The translations under genes and the position numbers were made by a program. This document shows positions 38,775 through 47,871 of a stretch of DNA of 64,000 bases, piece by piece. The notes beneath the pieces were generated by a model. It was not told where the DNA came from, made no database searches, and saw only the letters and a program-made list of their open reading frames with translations. Location of the stretch: the sequence record OR413575.1. One strand, written 5' to 3'. Numbering within the stretch: position 1 is the first letter of the stretch; each line of letters opens with the position of its first letter.

Positions 38775-38934
38775 GTCAAAACTCCTTTTCGCGTACCGTG
38801 TGACAAACGGTGTATGCTAGGAGCTGTCGAGCAGCGCCGCGCTCTTTGAATCCCGGATCAAGTTAATCGGAATACGCAGCGCTGTTCGTACATAAGTATA
38901 GTAATGTTACCTAATTTTTTACGCGTTTTCATTC

Positions 38935-39094
38935 TGACAAAAAAAAAAGGAGTGGGCGCGACCCCACTCCTGCGTCTGAGGAAACAATGTCCATGGTAGA
39001 CAGTTAACCGGACTGTGTCCATATTGGTGAATGTTACACCGGTGATAGATTTGCGCTCTTTAACACTTAAGGTGCGACACGCTCAGTTAACATA
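38935..39094 (-). ncRNA. Candidate ~155-nt late small RNA
   Basis: TAGTATG late motif ending at 39091, internal hairpins, terminator GGAGTGGG/CCCACTCC plus T-run; no SD-led ORF. Confidence 0.4.
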
Positions 39095-39120
39095 CTAAGT
39101 GTATAAAAACGTTACGCAAC

Positions 39121-40341
39121 TTACCCTGTTGGACCCATCGCGGTGTAATAACTCATCGTCATTGCTCGAAGTACTAGATACAGGATGACAGACGTCCTTT
39201 CACCTGATACCGGGTACGGGCTTGGTTTGCCGATAGCGCGTCGGACTAACTTATCGCCTTCGTTACGTAAGAACATAACTTCGCTACTAGACCCACGACT
39301 TGAGTTAATCGCACCTTTAATCACCAACATGCACTCAGACAAGTTGTTAGCATTGATCCCTTTATCAACAATCAGTTGGAACGAAAAGTCGAGAGTACGT
39401 TTAACGAGCTCGTGGACTTTACGCTCGGTGGGTTTGTTGTAGATCGAGGAGAGATATAATAGGGTGTCCTGGAAGTAGCCAGCGTTCCCTGAAGGGTTTG
39501 ACTCAGCGACAATGTCAACAAGGTTTTGACGAACAAATGATGCACCTTCACCTATAATTCCTTCTAAGTAGCGACGATACTGCGACTCATTACGTTTTAA
39601 GTCACGTACGCCTACCTCACCTTCCATCTCCATTAACGAGGATGTTACAGAGATACCTGCGCCTTCTGAACGAACGATGTAATAAAGTTCGGTAGCGTTC
39701 TTAATAGTAGAACGGGCACGAGTCTGTGAATCGCTTAGGATATAAGCAATGTCATCGTCATCGTTATAGCGAATAAAGGTTTGGATATGAATTGATTGTT
39801 TAGCGATCATATTCTGGGATTTCACTTCGCAAAGTGTATACCAGTTACGATGTACTCGGAGATCGTATTTATAATTCATTGATTCGTACGTACGTTGGGC
39901 TAACTGAACATTTACGCCGAATCTGAAAAAATGGTTTAAGATAGAGGACAAGAACTTATACTGCAACAGACTGAGAAGTTTGACTGCAACGTCCTCTTTC
40001 TGTTTCTGCGGTAAAGAACTTACCAATGTCTTATGTACCAGGAAAGTAATAGCTAAGTTAAATGCGTTACTTGCCACCTTATGCTCAGGGTTAACTGATC
40101 CATCTTGGTAGAGCGCCTGTTGAAGTTCAGATTCATCTGCTGACATAATGTCAGTGAAGAACCGCGCGGTGTCGGACGGGAGCCATTTTATCTCTGTACT
40201 TAGTAACCCGTTACCAAAGAACTTGATGTGTTCCGGGCTACGGCTTACATAGTTGTTTGCGAAACTGAGTACTGCCTTGGCAAAACGTCCGTCAATCTTC
40301 AATCCGGCACATTGGGATTCAAATACTGATTTGATTGACAT
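39121..40341 (-). CDS. Conserved phiKZ-like protein (recalled as gp32-like virion protein)
   Basis: ~406 aa; HIKFFGNGLLS and QYKFLSS motifs; position downstream of the terminase. Confidence 0.6.
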   Translation of the reverse strand: MSIKSVFESQCAGLKIDGRFAKAVLSFANNYVSRSPEHIKFFGNGLLSTEIKWLPSDTARFFTDIMSADESELQQALYQDGSVNPEHKVASNAFNLAITFLVHKTLVSSLPQKQKEDVAVKLLSLLQYKFLSSILNHFFRFGVNVQLAQRTYESMNYKYDLRVHRNWYTLCEVKSQNMIAKQSIHIQTFIRYNDDDDIAYILSDSQTRARSTIKNATELYYIVRSEGAGISVTSSLMEMEGEVGVRDLKRNESQYRRYLEGIIGEGASFVRQNLVDIVAESNPSGNAGYFQDTLLYLSSIYNKPTERKVHELVKRTLDFSFQLIVDKGINANNLSECMLVIKGAINSSRGSSSEVMFLRNEGDKLVRRAIGKPSPYPVSGERTSVILYLVLRAMTMSYYTAMGPTG

Positions 40342-40395
40342 GATAGACTCCAAATAGGGGTTACACAGGATTCCAGTATTTCTAAGGTATCCTTG

Positions 40396-40417
40396 AATAT
40401 ATATTACTTAAGTGAAG
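40396..40417 (+). promoter_or_regulatory. Early promoter
   Basis: AATATATATTACTTAAGTGAAG, consensus copy. Confidence 0.8.
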
Positions 40418-40438
40418 AAGTTAATTAAGGAGTTTGAG

Positions 40439-41074
40439 ATGAGTTTAATTACTAAAGGCTCTATAATTGGAGTTGCGCCGCGACTTCGTTTGGAAGCCAA
40501 GTTACAATCACTGAAGTGGAATAAAGAGCCAGAAGAACTGGTAGCGTTCTTCCGTAACTTGAAATCGTTCCTTTATAAGAATGAAGTAGGGCACGGGGGT
40601 TATGAAACTTACGTCACAACGTTTACTATCGGTGATGTTGAATTTTGTCGTTTTGCGCTGAAACAAAAAAGTAACCCTAAGTTTGTCCCTACAATGGAAG
40701 CCTTCATTGCACCGGATGGTCGTATTTATTTCCATGGTGTATTCACTGCTATCGGTCCGCGTGACGATGAGGTTGACAAACACATCGGCGAATACGTGGT
40801 GAACTACATCTGTAAACAATTCGATGATCCTAGCGAACATATCGCTATTGTCCTACATCGTCGTTGGAAGTTAACTGAAGACGATAAAACAGCGAAGTAT
40901 GATTTTATCGAATGGGGCGATGAAGAGTTAACTAAGTTGGCTCATGTATTGATCGTAGAGCAGCAGAAGATTGCTAAGGCGGCATTTGCGCATTGGCGTG
41001 AACGTGTTAAACACCTTGAGCAAGTAAAAGAAGCTGTTAAAGATAAACCTGAAAAGGGTATCCACATTGATTGA
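40439..41074 (+). CDS. Hypothetical early protein
   Basis: SD AAGGAG, start ATG 40439; terminator at 41078-41097. Confidence 0.7.
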   Translation: MSLITKGSIIGVAPRLRLEAKLQSLKWNKEPEELVAFFRNLKSFLYKNEVGHGGYETYVTTFTIGDVEFCRFALKQKSNPKFVPTMEAFIAPDGRIYFHGVFTAIGPRDDEVDKHIGEYVVNYICKQFDDPSEHIAIVLHRRWKLTEDDKTAKYDFIEWGDEELTKLAHVLIVEQQKIAKAAFAHWRERVKHLEQVKEAVKDKPEKGIHID

Positions 41075-41195
41075 CGGCTAGGGACTTCGGTCCCTAGTCT
41101 TTTTTGATGTTTAACTCTTCTACTTGTGTTGGGCACCGGAACGTAGTTCCGTTGTGCTGTAATTGTGACTATGCATTAACTGAGGATATTGAAAT

Positions 41196-42689
41196 ATGAT
41201 TAATTTAGTATTAGAGATTACACGTAGACCCGAAAATATCAACAAAGAAATTCGCGTAATGGGAGTAAACATTCCGTTACAAGAACTTTACGTAATTGGG
41301 AATAATAACAACAGGGCGATGATTAGTTGTAAATTTCATCGTAGTCATTTAGGCCGTGTCCTGGAATTGATTAAACAGAATGAGGCTATCATTTCACTGG
41401 ACAAGGAAGACATCGGTATGCGTGATGTATACGATGGCCATATTCTTCCGCAAGATGGCGAGGGGATGCGATTAAGTGAAATCACTAGCGCATTGGATGG
41501 ATACGAAGATCTGATGAAATGGGTAAATCGTTATCAGAGACGCGAGATTCAGGATATTGTTGAGTATACTTGGATCAACGACCAGTGTTCCTCTTTATCT
41601 GAACACCTGAAGAAAGTAGATTTAGATCTCCCTAACTCCGGTGTAGCTGTAACTATTCAACGGCCAGCAGCTGAAGAAATAGAAAAGGTTTATGCTGATA
41701 TGGAGCCCGCACCTAAGAAGCCGGTGATGGATACATCACGATTCAGGATTGAAACTCCAGCTTTTATTAAGCGTATGTTAAGACAGGATGCTAAAGAATC
41801 AAGGATCAAAAAGAACCTTGTGTCCGCTGCATTACGAGGGACTATAAGTACTTTCCGTGGAACATCTTTGTACGAGAAGTACAAAATGATGTTAGAGAAC
41901 GGAATCCAGGCTGGGATTGTATCCTCTATGGACGCGTTTGAACTTGACTATCATATCGATATACTAATCGCTAATCCGAAATACTCGGTGCCGTGTGCGG
42001 TTAAAGGTAGAAAAGTCAAGCGTATTGAGGATGTATTTGTCCTTGACTCTTTAGAGATGGAGAAAACCGATCTTGGTTCGTGTCCTGGTGTTGTGTTACC
42101 TGAGCATTGCGGTATTTATAATCCTACCATGGATCATTCCAATACTAAGAAGTTACCGGTTGGATTAGGGAATGGGCTCTTGTACAAGTGCGACGTGCAG
42201 TTAGGTGATGTTTCTCAGTTAGCCGTAGAAGAGCCTGTAAAGAACACAGAGCCGTTTACAGTTGTCGTGTACGACACTTGGTTTAGTGGATCTACGGAGC
42301 GTCTACAGATGATCGCTGACGGTATACGGACACGATTGGTTAAAGGTGACGGTTTTCTCTATACTAGCTCGGAAGATCCAAAAAATGCTAAGTCTCTTGA
42401 CCCATCACTCATCGCCGGAAAGATGACTAATTTTCGTGTAATGAAAGATATTACAGGAAATGGTATTATTACTGCGACGCTGACTCTTCTCGATACACCG
42501 TATGGTATTAATCTACGGACTATGATGGAGAACGGTACAAGAGTTGACTTTACGCCTGTTTGGTATTGGAAACTAAAAGACGGTGTTCAAACTGTTGAAG
42601 ATGTTTATTACATCAAATACGGTCTTGAGCTACGTAACCGCATGGCGATTGATGAGTTCTGTAAGAAAGAAGGATTAATCATATCGTAA
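41196..42689 (+). CDS. Hypothetical protein with C-terminal prohead-protease-like segment
   Basis: ITATLTLLDTPYGINLRTMMENG resembles T4 gp21-type LDTP.G..L..L..G; no recognisable catalytic SSR. Confidence 0.5.
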   Translation: MINLVLEITRRPENINKEIRVMGVNIPLQELYVIGNNNNRAMISCKFHRSHLGRVLELIKQNEAIISLDKEDIGMRDVYDGHILPQDGEGMRLSEITSALDGYEDLMKWVNRYQRREIQDIVEYTWINDQCSSLSEHLKKVDLDLPNSGVAVTIQRPAAEEIEKVYADMEPAPKKPVMDTSRFRIETPAFIKRMLRQDAKESRIKKNLVSAALRGTISTFRGTSLYEKYKMMLENGIQAGIVSSMDAFELDYHIDILIANPKYSVPCAVKGRKVKRIEDVFVLDSLEMEKTDLGSCPGVVLPEHCGIYNPTMDHSNTKKLPVGLGNGLLYKCDVQLGDVSQLAVEEPVKNTEPFTVVVYDTWFSGSTERLQMIADGIRTRLVKGDGFLYTSSEDPKNAKSLDPSLIAGKMTNFRVMKDITGNGIITATLTLLDTPYGINLRTMMENGTRVDFTPVWYWKLKDGVQTVEDVYYIKYGLELRNRMAIDEFCKKEGLIIS

Positions 42690-42768
42690 CGACACAATTG
42701 GAGAACCCTTCGGGGTTCTCTCTTTTTTTTTTGCCTGATTTCCATAATCGTTTCTAACCATATTTCAG

Positions 42769-42788
42769 TTATATATTACTTTAGTGAT
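42769..42788 (+). promoter_or_regulatory. Early promoter
   Basis: TTATATATTACTTTAGTGAT followed by hairpin GATAGAAC/GTTCTATC. Confidence 0.7.
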
Positions 42789-42824
42789 AGAACGTTCTAT
42801 CTTTTATAATAAGGAATATTCCAA

Positions 42825-43205
42825 ATGTATAATGCAATCGCACGCCGCCGTTCTGTTTCTTTCGGTCAAGGTTCTTCCAAAGTTGTTCCAATGCTGATGG
42901 AAGGTAACGGTAACGTCAAACACCTGCACAACGCAACAACTCCTACTACTTGGGCAGTAGCTGGAGAAGGTATCCAGATTCGTTACGGGAAAGATCTCGT
43001 AGGGAATATCTGGGTCACTGTGAATGTCCGTGGTAATGAACTGTTCCAGTGGGTTGGGGAATCAACTACAACTTGGTTCAATGCAATGGTAGATTGCCTC
43101 GTACACGATCCGTTGGTTCTGGCACTGCAGCGTCGTTCCGCTACAGACCATTATTCGCTGATGGATAAAATCGAAGCGATCGGTTCACAGGTAACTGTCC
43201 ATTAA
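42825..43205 (+). CDS. Hypothetical early protein
   Basis: SD AAGGA; terminator at 43211-43228. Confidence 0.7.
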   Translation: MYNAIARRRSVSFGQGSSKVVPMLMEGNGNVKHLHNATTPTTWAVAGEGIQIRYGKDLVGNIWVTVNVRGNELFQWVGESTTTWFNAMVDCLVHDPLVLALQRRSATDHYSLMDKIEAIGSQVTVH

Positions 43206-43260
43206 TGCCCAGGGGACTTCGGTCCCCTATTCTTTACCAGTAAGCTAGAGGATCTAGAGC

Positions 43261-43599
43261 ATGTTAAACGTAACTACTACCCGAATTGATAATAACCAAT
43301 CTAATGTCATTACGACGGATTATCTCCGTCACATTTGGAGTTATGAAGAAGACGTTACATTCGAAGCCCATAATCGTTGGATTGAATTAGAATACGGCGT
43401 TTTCAATAACCGTATTTATGCCGAAATCAAACAAGGTAATCAAGACTTCACTTGGGCAGGGGTAAGAGATGCGGATTGGGTTAAGAAGTTTTTAATTGAT
43501 TACGAGGAGGAGTTAGAGTTAGCTGGCGAACATAAGTTAGTTATACAGGCGCACTTGCGTCAACTGAAAGGTTTCATGAAACAAATTACAAACATTTAA
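43261..43599 (+). CDS. Hypothetical protein
   Basis: SD GAGG. Confidence 0.65.
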   Translation: MLNVTTTRIDNNQSNVITTDYLRHIWSYEEDVTFEAHNRWIELEYGVFNNRIYAEIKQGNQDFTWAGVRDADWVKKFLIDYEEELELAGEHKLVIQAHLRQLKGFMKQITNI

Positions 43600-43622
43600 C
43601 TAGTTTACTAGAGGATTACAAT

Positions 43623-44027
43623 ATGTTTTTTAAGACTAAAGCTGGGATGAATGGTGCTGCAAGAATCGTTCTGAATACTTTCGAAGAAGTGGTAGAAGAT
43701 TATAAAACTTTTTTACTTACTGGCTCTATGATTGACTTTCAAGAGTATGTTGAATCAGAAGCAACTTATTTGTACAATATGATTCAACGTACGGTATTCG
43801 TTGATACTCTTAACTTACATTTTGGTGTATTAGGCGAAATGGAGAAGTTAGGTAGGGGCGAAGAAGGTTACATACGTCTTAATTATGGTACTACAGATAC
43901 CGGCATCGAATTTCAAGCTGATATTTCAGTTGATGGCAACAGTAAAGAGATAATTTTAGAAGTATATCACATGCACGCTGCTTTACAGGGCGTAGTTTTA
44001 AACACACCAATGTCTGATCGTAAATAA
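43623..44027 (+). CDS. Hypothetical protein
   Basis: SD GAGG. Confidence 0.65.
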   Translation: MFFKTKAGMNGAARIVLNTFEEVVEDYKTFLLTGSMIDFQEYVESEATYLYNMIQRTVFVDTLNLHFGVLGEMEKLGRGEEGYIRLNYGTTDTGIEFQADISVDGNSKEIILEVYHMHAALQGVVLNTPMSDRK

Positions 44028-44039
44028 GAGGAACTAAAC

Positions 44040-44648
44040 ATGAACGTATCTAACGTAATCGCAATCAACGAAGAAATGACCACTGCATACGGTATCCTGG
44101 GTAAAGATCTGGTATCTGAGTTAGTTCGTTACGCCGCTGCCGTAGGATTCACTGAAGACCATGAGATCCTCCTGCCAGCACCTTACCACTACCAGCTGCG
44201 TGGCATGGTAATCTCTCCACGCACCACAGCAGCTGATGAAGATCACATCGTCTCTGCAATCTGGGGCGAAGATGATCGCGTTGTATTCGTTGTAGAGAAA
44301 ATCAAACGCTGCACCTGCGGCGGTCATCGTGTTGATGGCTCTGCACTGGTGGAAGAGGTTAAGCAATCTCTCGATGCACTGACCACCGCTTTACCTAACC
44401 TGAAGGTAGAGCTGCTGTATGTAGTTAACGGTGTTGACTTCGCATACTCCGCAGATGGTAACAATACTCTGCTGGACGCAATCGAAGCTAACTACCGCGT
44501 AGCTCAGATGGATGATCTGCCACAACTGCTGAACGACGCAGACCGCGGCGAAGGTCTTATCGATCCTGAGTGGATTCACGATGTCGTATCCGCGTACAAA
44601 GAAGATCCAGAAGAAGCAGTTAAGATCTTCGGCGAAATCTTTAAATAA
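44040..44648 (+). CDS. Hypothetical acidic protein, probably highly expressed
   Basis: Biased codon usage; SD GAGG; terminator at 44689-44710. Confidence 0.75.
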   Translation: MNVSNVIAINEEMTTAYGILGKDLVSELVRYAAAVGFTEDHEILLPAPYHYQLRGMVISPRTTAADEDHIVSAIWGEDDRVVFVVEKIKRCTCGGHRVDGSALVEEVKQSLDALTTALPNLKVELLYVVNGVDFAYSADGNNTLLDAIEANYRVAQMDDLPQLLNDADRGEGLIDPEWIHDVVSAYKEDPEEAVKIFGEIFK

Positions 44649-44757
44649 GTCTCCATTGTGGAGCCCTCCCTAACAGGAGGTTATCAAACCTGGGGACTTC
44701 GGTTCCCAGGTACATTTCTTTTTTGGTTTTAAATACAATTGATCTTGGAGAGTTATA

Positions 44758-44967
44758 ATGGATTTCACTGATGCTCAGCTTGAATTAATTAAGCAACTAG
44801 GTAAGGCTACTATACAGGAACTTGTACGTGACTATAATAAGATTCTGAATAACCAAATGACAGGTAGTCAGTTCTGGGAAATATTGAATACTAAAGTCTC
44901 AAGGGATAAGGTACGTGACTTGTTAATCTTAGTACGTACTATCCATAATGATTTAACTAAGTTATAA
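44758..44967 (+). CDS. Hypothetical protein
   Basis: SD GGAG. Confidence 0.6.
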   Translation: MDFTDAQLELIKQLGKATIQELVRDYNKILNNQMTGSQFWEILNTKVSRDKVRDLLILVRTIHNDLTKL

Positions 44968-44997
44968 TTAAGTAAAAAATAAAGTAGTATCTATTAT

Positions 44998-45140
44998 TAT
45001 GCGGTATTGAAGTCTGACACGGTCAATACCCCGTGGTCCTTTCCAGTCCCTGGAAAGCTGAGTGAAATTGAATGAAGTGAACGTAGTGAACGGAATGAGA
45101 TCCTAGTAGTTGACCTTGACCTTAGGGGGTGGGGGTCTGT
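44998..45140. other. Structured intergenic element (candidate origin or ncRNA)
   Basis: Two perfect 8-bp hairpins, GTGAA repeats with an AC-GTA-GT mini-hairpin, TTGACC x2 and G-runs. Confidence 0.35.
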
Positions 45141-45183
45141 GACTGACAAAATCAAATTAACTAATTAATTAGGAGAGTATGTC

Positions 45184-45387
45184 ATGTTAGCGTGGCTGAA
45201 GAAATTATTACGTAACCCAGTTGTGACAGATCGTTGTACCATGACACATCTGAGCACTGAATTAATTATTCTGGAACAAGAACTAGAAGAACATGGTATA
45301 TCAATAGACTGTGATCTATTGGAAGAGATGGAGATACTCCGTCGTCGTATTGAAGAGTTCCGTAATACGAATTTATTAAACTGCTAA
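45184..45387 (+). CDS. Hypothetical protein
   Basis: SD AGGAG. Confidence 0.6.
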   Translation: MLAWLKKLLRNPVVTDRCTMTHLSTELIILEQELEEHGISIDCDLLEEMEILRRRIEEFRNTNLLNC

Positions 45388-45419
45388 TTTTTGCGGATTA
45401 CACTGAGGAGAAGTAAAAT

Positions 45420-45920
45420 ATGTTGACTTTAATTGCAGCTGGCGTAATGGTTGGGTCTGGGTTGTTCATTGCAGGATATGCATTGGGCAGGCATCACGTC
45501 AAACCGATTGTAGGAGTTGAACAACTGGAAGTTATGCATTCGGTAAACGAAGGAAGGATCGGGAATATAGTACTTGGGGACAAACGTGGTGACTTCGAAG
45601 CTACGGGCAGGACGTACTTAACCAAAGAAGAATTTAATCAGCTGAAGAAGGTTGATTTAACAGCCGAAGATTGGGAATTATCTTCAGCAGTGGACGGGTT
45701 AGACATCACGCTCTATCATGTTACGGGTAACCCAGACTATGCAGGTAAGATTGTACTTACGTTATATGTTCGCGGGGACAACGCCCGTAAATACAAATGG
45801 GAAAACGTAACTAGCAGTAAGAACTCTAATGTTTTACCACCGGTGACTGTTAATAGCAAGTATTCAGCAATTCGCCGTGTGTTAGAAGCTACGTTAGAAG
45901 CAGAACTGCGGAAATACTAA
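45420..45920 (+). CDS. N-terminally membrane-anchored protein
   Basis: Hydrophobic N-terminus; SD GAGG. Confidence 0.65.
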   Translation: MLTLIAAGVMVGSGLFIAGYALGRHHVKPIVGVEQLEVMHSVNEGRIGNIVLGDKRGDFEATGRTYLTKEEFNQLKKVDLTAEDWELSSAVDGLDITLYHVTGNPDYAGKIVLTLYVRGDNARKYKWENVTSSKNSNVLPPVTVNSKYSAIRRVLEATLEAELRKY

Positions 45921-45927
45921 CATAATC

Positions 45928-45955
45928 GCCTAGGTACCCGTTAAGGTACCTAGGC
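45928..45955. terminator. Bidirectional terminator
   Basis: GCCTAGGTACC-CGTTAA-GGTACCTAGGC; same CGTTAA loop as the 38658 hairpin. Confidence 0.8.
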
Positions 45956-45960
45956 TTAGG

Positions 45961-46449
45961 TCAATCGAATTTACCATCCCATACTGTTGGAGATGATCGG
46001 TAGTAAGGTCGTACTTTCAACATTCTGTTATTAGCATCGTCGTGATAGATCAGGGAATCTATATAAGACGATCGGTTAGCCCAAGACAATCCTTGGGACT
46101 GGAAGTTGTTTCGGTTAGTAGCAACGTATTTACTTGCGCCACTTGCAGTATACCAGATTCTAAAAGCAACACGGAATCCTTTATCACGCTGGTTCTTAAA
46201 AGAGGCGTAATCTGGAAACGCGTGTTGTAACATACGAGATAAGTGAGAGGAATCACAACTGGCGTAATCCCCCCAAGTAGTACCGTACATCGAGCCAGTA
46301 TCAGCACCGATATAAACTTGGAACCATCCTTCTTGCGGACCGGGGTAAGCGGCGTATGATATTCCTTTAAAATTCTTGGTCGCCTGCAAGAACAGTTCAT
46401 AAGGAGTCGGTTGCTTAACCAAGCCCGGTGTTAACATCGATTCTAACAT
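45961..46449 (-). CDS. Hypothetical protein, possibly virion-associated
   Basis: MLESML N-terminus; SD GGAG. Confidence 0.6.
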   Translation of the reverse strand: MLESMLTPGLVKQPTPYELFLQATKNFKGISYAAYPGPQEGWFQVYIGADTGSMYGTTWGDYASCDSSHLSRMLQHAFPDYASFKNQRDKGFRVAFRIWYTASGASKYVATNRNNFQSQGLSWANRSSYIDSLIYHDDANNRMLKVRPYYRSSPTVWDGKFD

Positions 46450-46501
46450 AATTGTAAACTCCGAGTCGTATTCAACTAATATGTATTAAAGGGTCAGTAA
46501 C

Positions 46502-46756
46502 ATGGATAAAGTAAGAGATATTCAGATCGAACAGTACGCACGTAGTAGCGACGCGGTACGTGAATTAGAACAGCGTCGCAACAATGAATTGTTATTGATT
46601 GATATTAAAGAGGCCATCAATAACAAACCTAAAACTGTTAGCGATCGTACGTTAGCAGTCGAGTTAGTACAGAAGTATCATGGCAAGTCATTCAGTGAAT
46701 TGCTTGTTCGCGCAATCCGTCAAGGCGAGGAGCAATCAAATGCGCCAACTGGATAA
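46502..46756 (+). CDS. Hypothetical protein
   Basis: 84-aa ORF; late TATG motif upstream (~46480). Confidence 0.6.
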   Translation: MDKVRDIQIEQYARSSDAVRELEQRRNNELLLIDIKEAINNKPKTVSDRTLAVELVQKYHGKSFSELLVRAIRQGEEQSNAPTG

Positions 46757-46817
46757 TATCAAGTCCATCCGTGACTTATTTGGAATGGGTGACGTAGTGA
46801 CCGAAGAAGTAAGTTAA
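46740..46817 (+). CDS. Candidate 25-aa peptide
   Basis: GAGGAG SD then MRQLDNIKSIRDLFGMGDVVTEEVS. Confidence 0.4.
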   Translation: MRQLDNIKSIRDLFGMGDVVTEEVS

Positions 46818-46822
46818 TCTTA

Positions 46823-46844
46823 AATATATATCACTATAGTGAAG
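46823..46844 (+). promoter_or_regulatory. Early promoter
   Basis: AATATATATCACTATAGTGAAG, containing the perfect palindrome TCACTATAGTGA. Confidence 0.75.
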
Positions 46845-46901
46845 ATCCCCTCCTTTCTTGGAGGGGTTTGTGTCCGCAACTATTTAAATAGAGGATTTAA
46901 A

Positions 46902-47357
46902 ATGACAACTAAAGCTAAACCTTTCGGAAGAGATCAGATCATTAAGAAAGGTGAATGTAATGATGAAGTATTTATTCTGGAACATGCCCAAATAGCTTCC
47001 TACCCAGAAAAAGGTAAGATCATCGTTACGCTTAAGATAGGAGATAAAGTAGCAGCTACCACTAAGTTAGCAATAATTGGTAGAGTCAGTTCACCAATAG
47101 ATCGTTGGCATACAGTGAACTCAGGGAAACGTATTATCGGCAACTACTTCGTAGAGAATGTCGACGGATGGAATATCCCTGTTCGTGATAAAGCATTAAT
47201 GGCAGTCTTGCTGTTAAACGTACTTATCTGGACTAAGTTCAGTAGCATACGCGGAAAGTTCAATAGAGCAGATAATAATGACTTAATTCTGCGTGAGAAA
47301 CTTCGCGAAAAAGTCAAGTTGTACCGTGATACCTTATTACCACTCGAAACTAATTAA
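46902..47357 (+). CDS. Hypothetical early protein
   Basis: SD GAGG, start ATG 46902. Confidence 0.65.
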   Translation: MTTKAKPFGRDQIIKKGECNDEVFILEHAQIASYPEKGKIIVTLKIGDKVAATTKLAIIGRVSSPIDRWHTVNSGKRIIGNYFVENVDGWNIPVRDKALMAVLLLNVLIWTKFSSIRGKFNRADNNDLILREKLREKVKLYRDTLLPLETN

Positions 47358-47373
47358 TTAGGAGATTCAAAAA

Positions 47374-47811
47374 ATGCGTATTAATTCTTACAAGAAAAAC
47401 AACACCTGGAATGTAATCGGTTTAGGTCGTGATAACAATAATGAAATCGGATTGATCCTCGAAGATCAGACCGATGGTATCCCATTGTCGCGTGATCGTA
47501 AGTTAATTACTTGTAACGAAGAAACTACTATGGTTTCTCTCGACCTGACATTAGGTAATATAACACCTCCGGAAGATATTAACTTCTACACTCAACGTAC
47601 TCATTTACCAGGGGAAGAAGTAGCAGTATTCTGCGACGGAGGTAATTTAATTTCCTTGATTGCGTTGGAATGGGAAGATGATATCCCAGTAACAGGATGT
47701 ATTGCCGTACGTACAACCGGTATGTGTGGACATTTATTAACTCGCCCTACCGAATGGTGTGTGGTGTTTGAAGAGTACGTGAATATTATTGGGTGGAAGA
47801 CTCGTAAATAA
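47374..47811 (+). CDS. Hypothetical protein
   Basis: SD AGGAG. Confidence 0.65.
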   Translation: MRINSYKKNNTWNVIGLGRDNNNEIGLILEDQTDGIPLSRDRKLITCNEETTMVSLDLTLGNITPPEDINFYTQRTHLPGEEVAVFCDGGNLISLIALEWEDDIPVTGCIAVRTTGMCGHLLTRPTEWCVVFEEYVNIIGWKTRK

Positions 47812-47871
47812 CTACACCTAAATGTTTTAGTATAACTATTGATAATCGTAACTTTATAAAAGGTAAAATAA

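Noticed and set aside
44650-44690. GGAG-containing hairpins resembling a CsrA sponge
   Set aside because: Only two GGA motifs, both in stems rather than loops; probably a stabilising 3' UTR before the terminator.
46826-46842. T7-like promoter (CACTATAG)
   Set aside because: Lacks TAATACGACT; explained as a variant of the phage's own early-promoter dyad.
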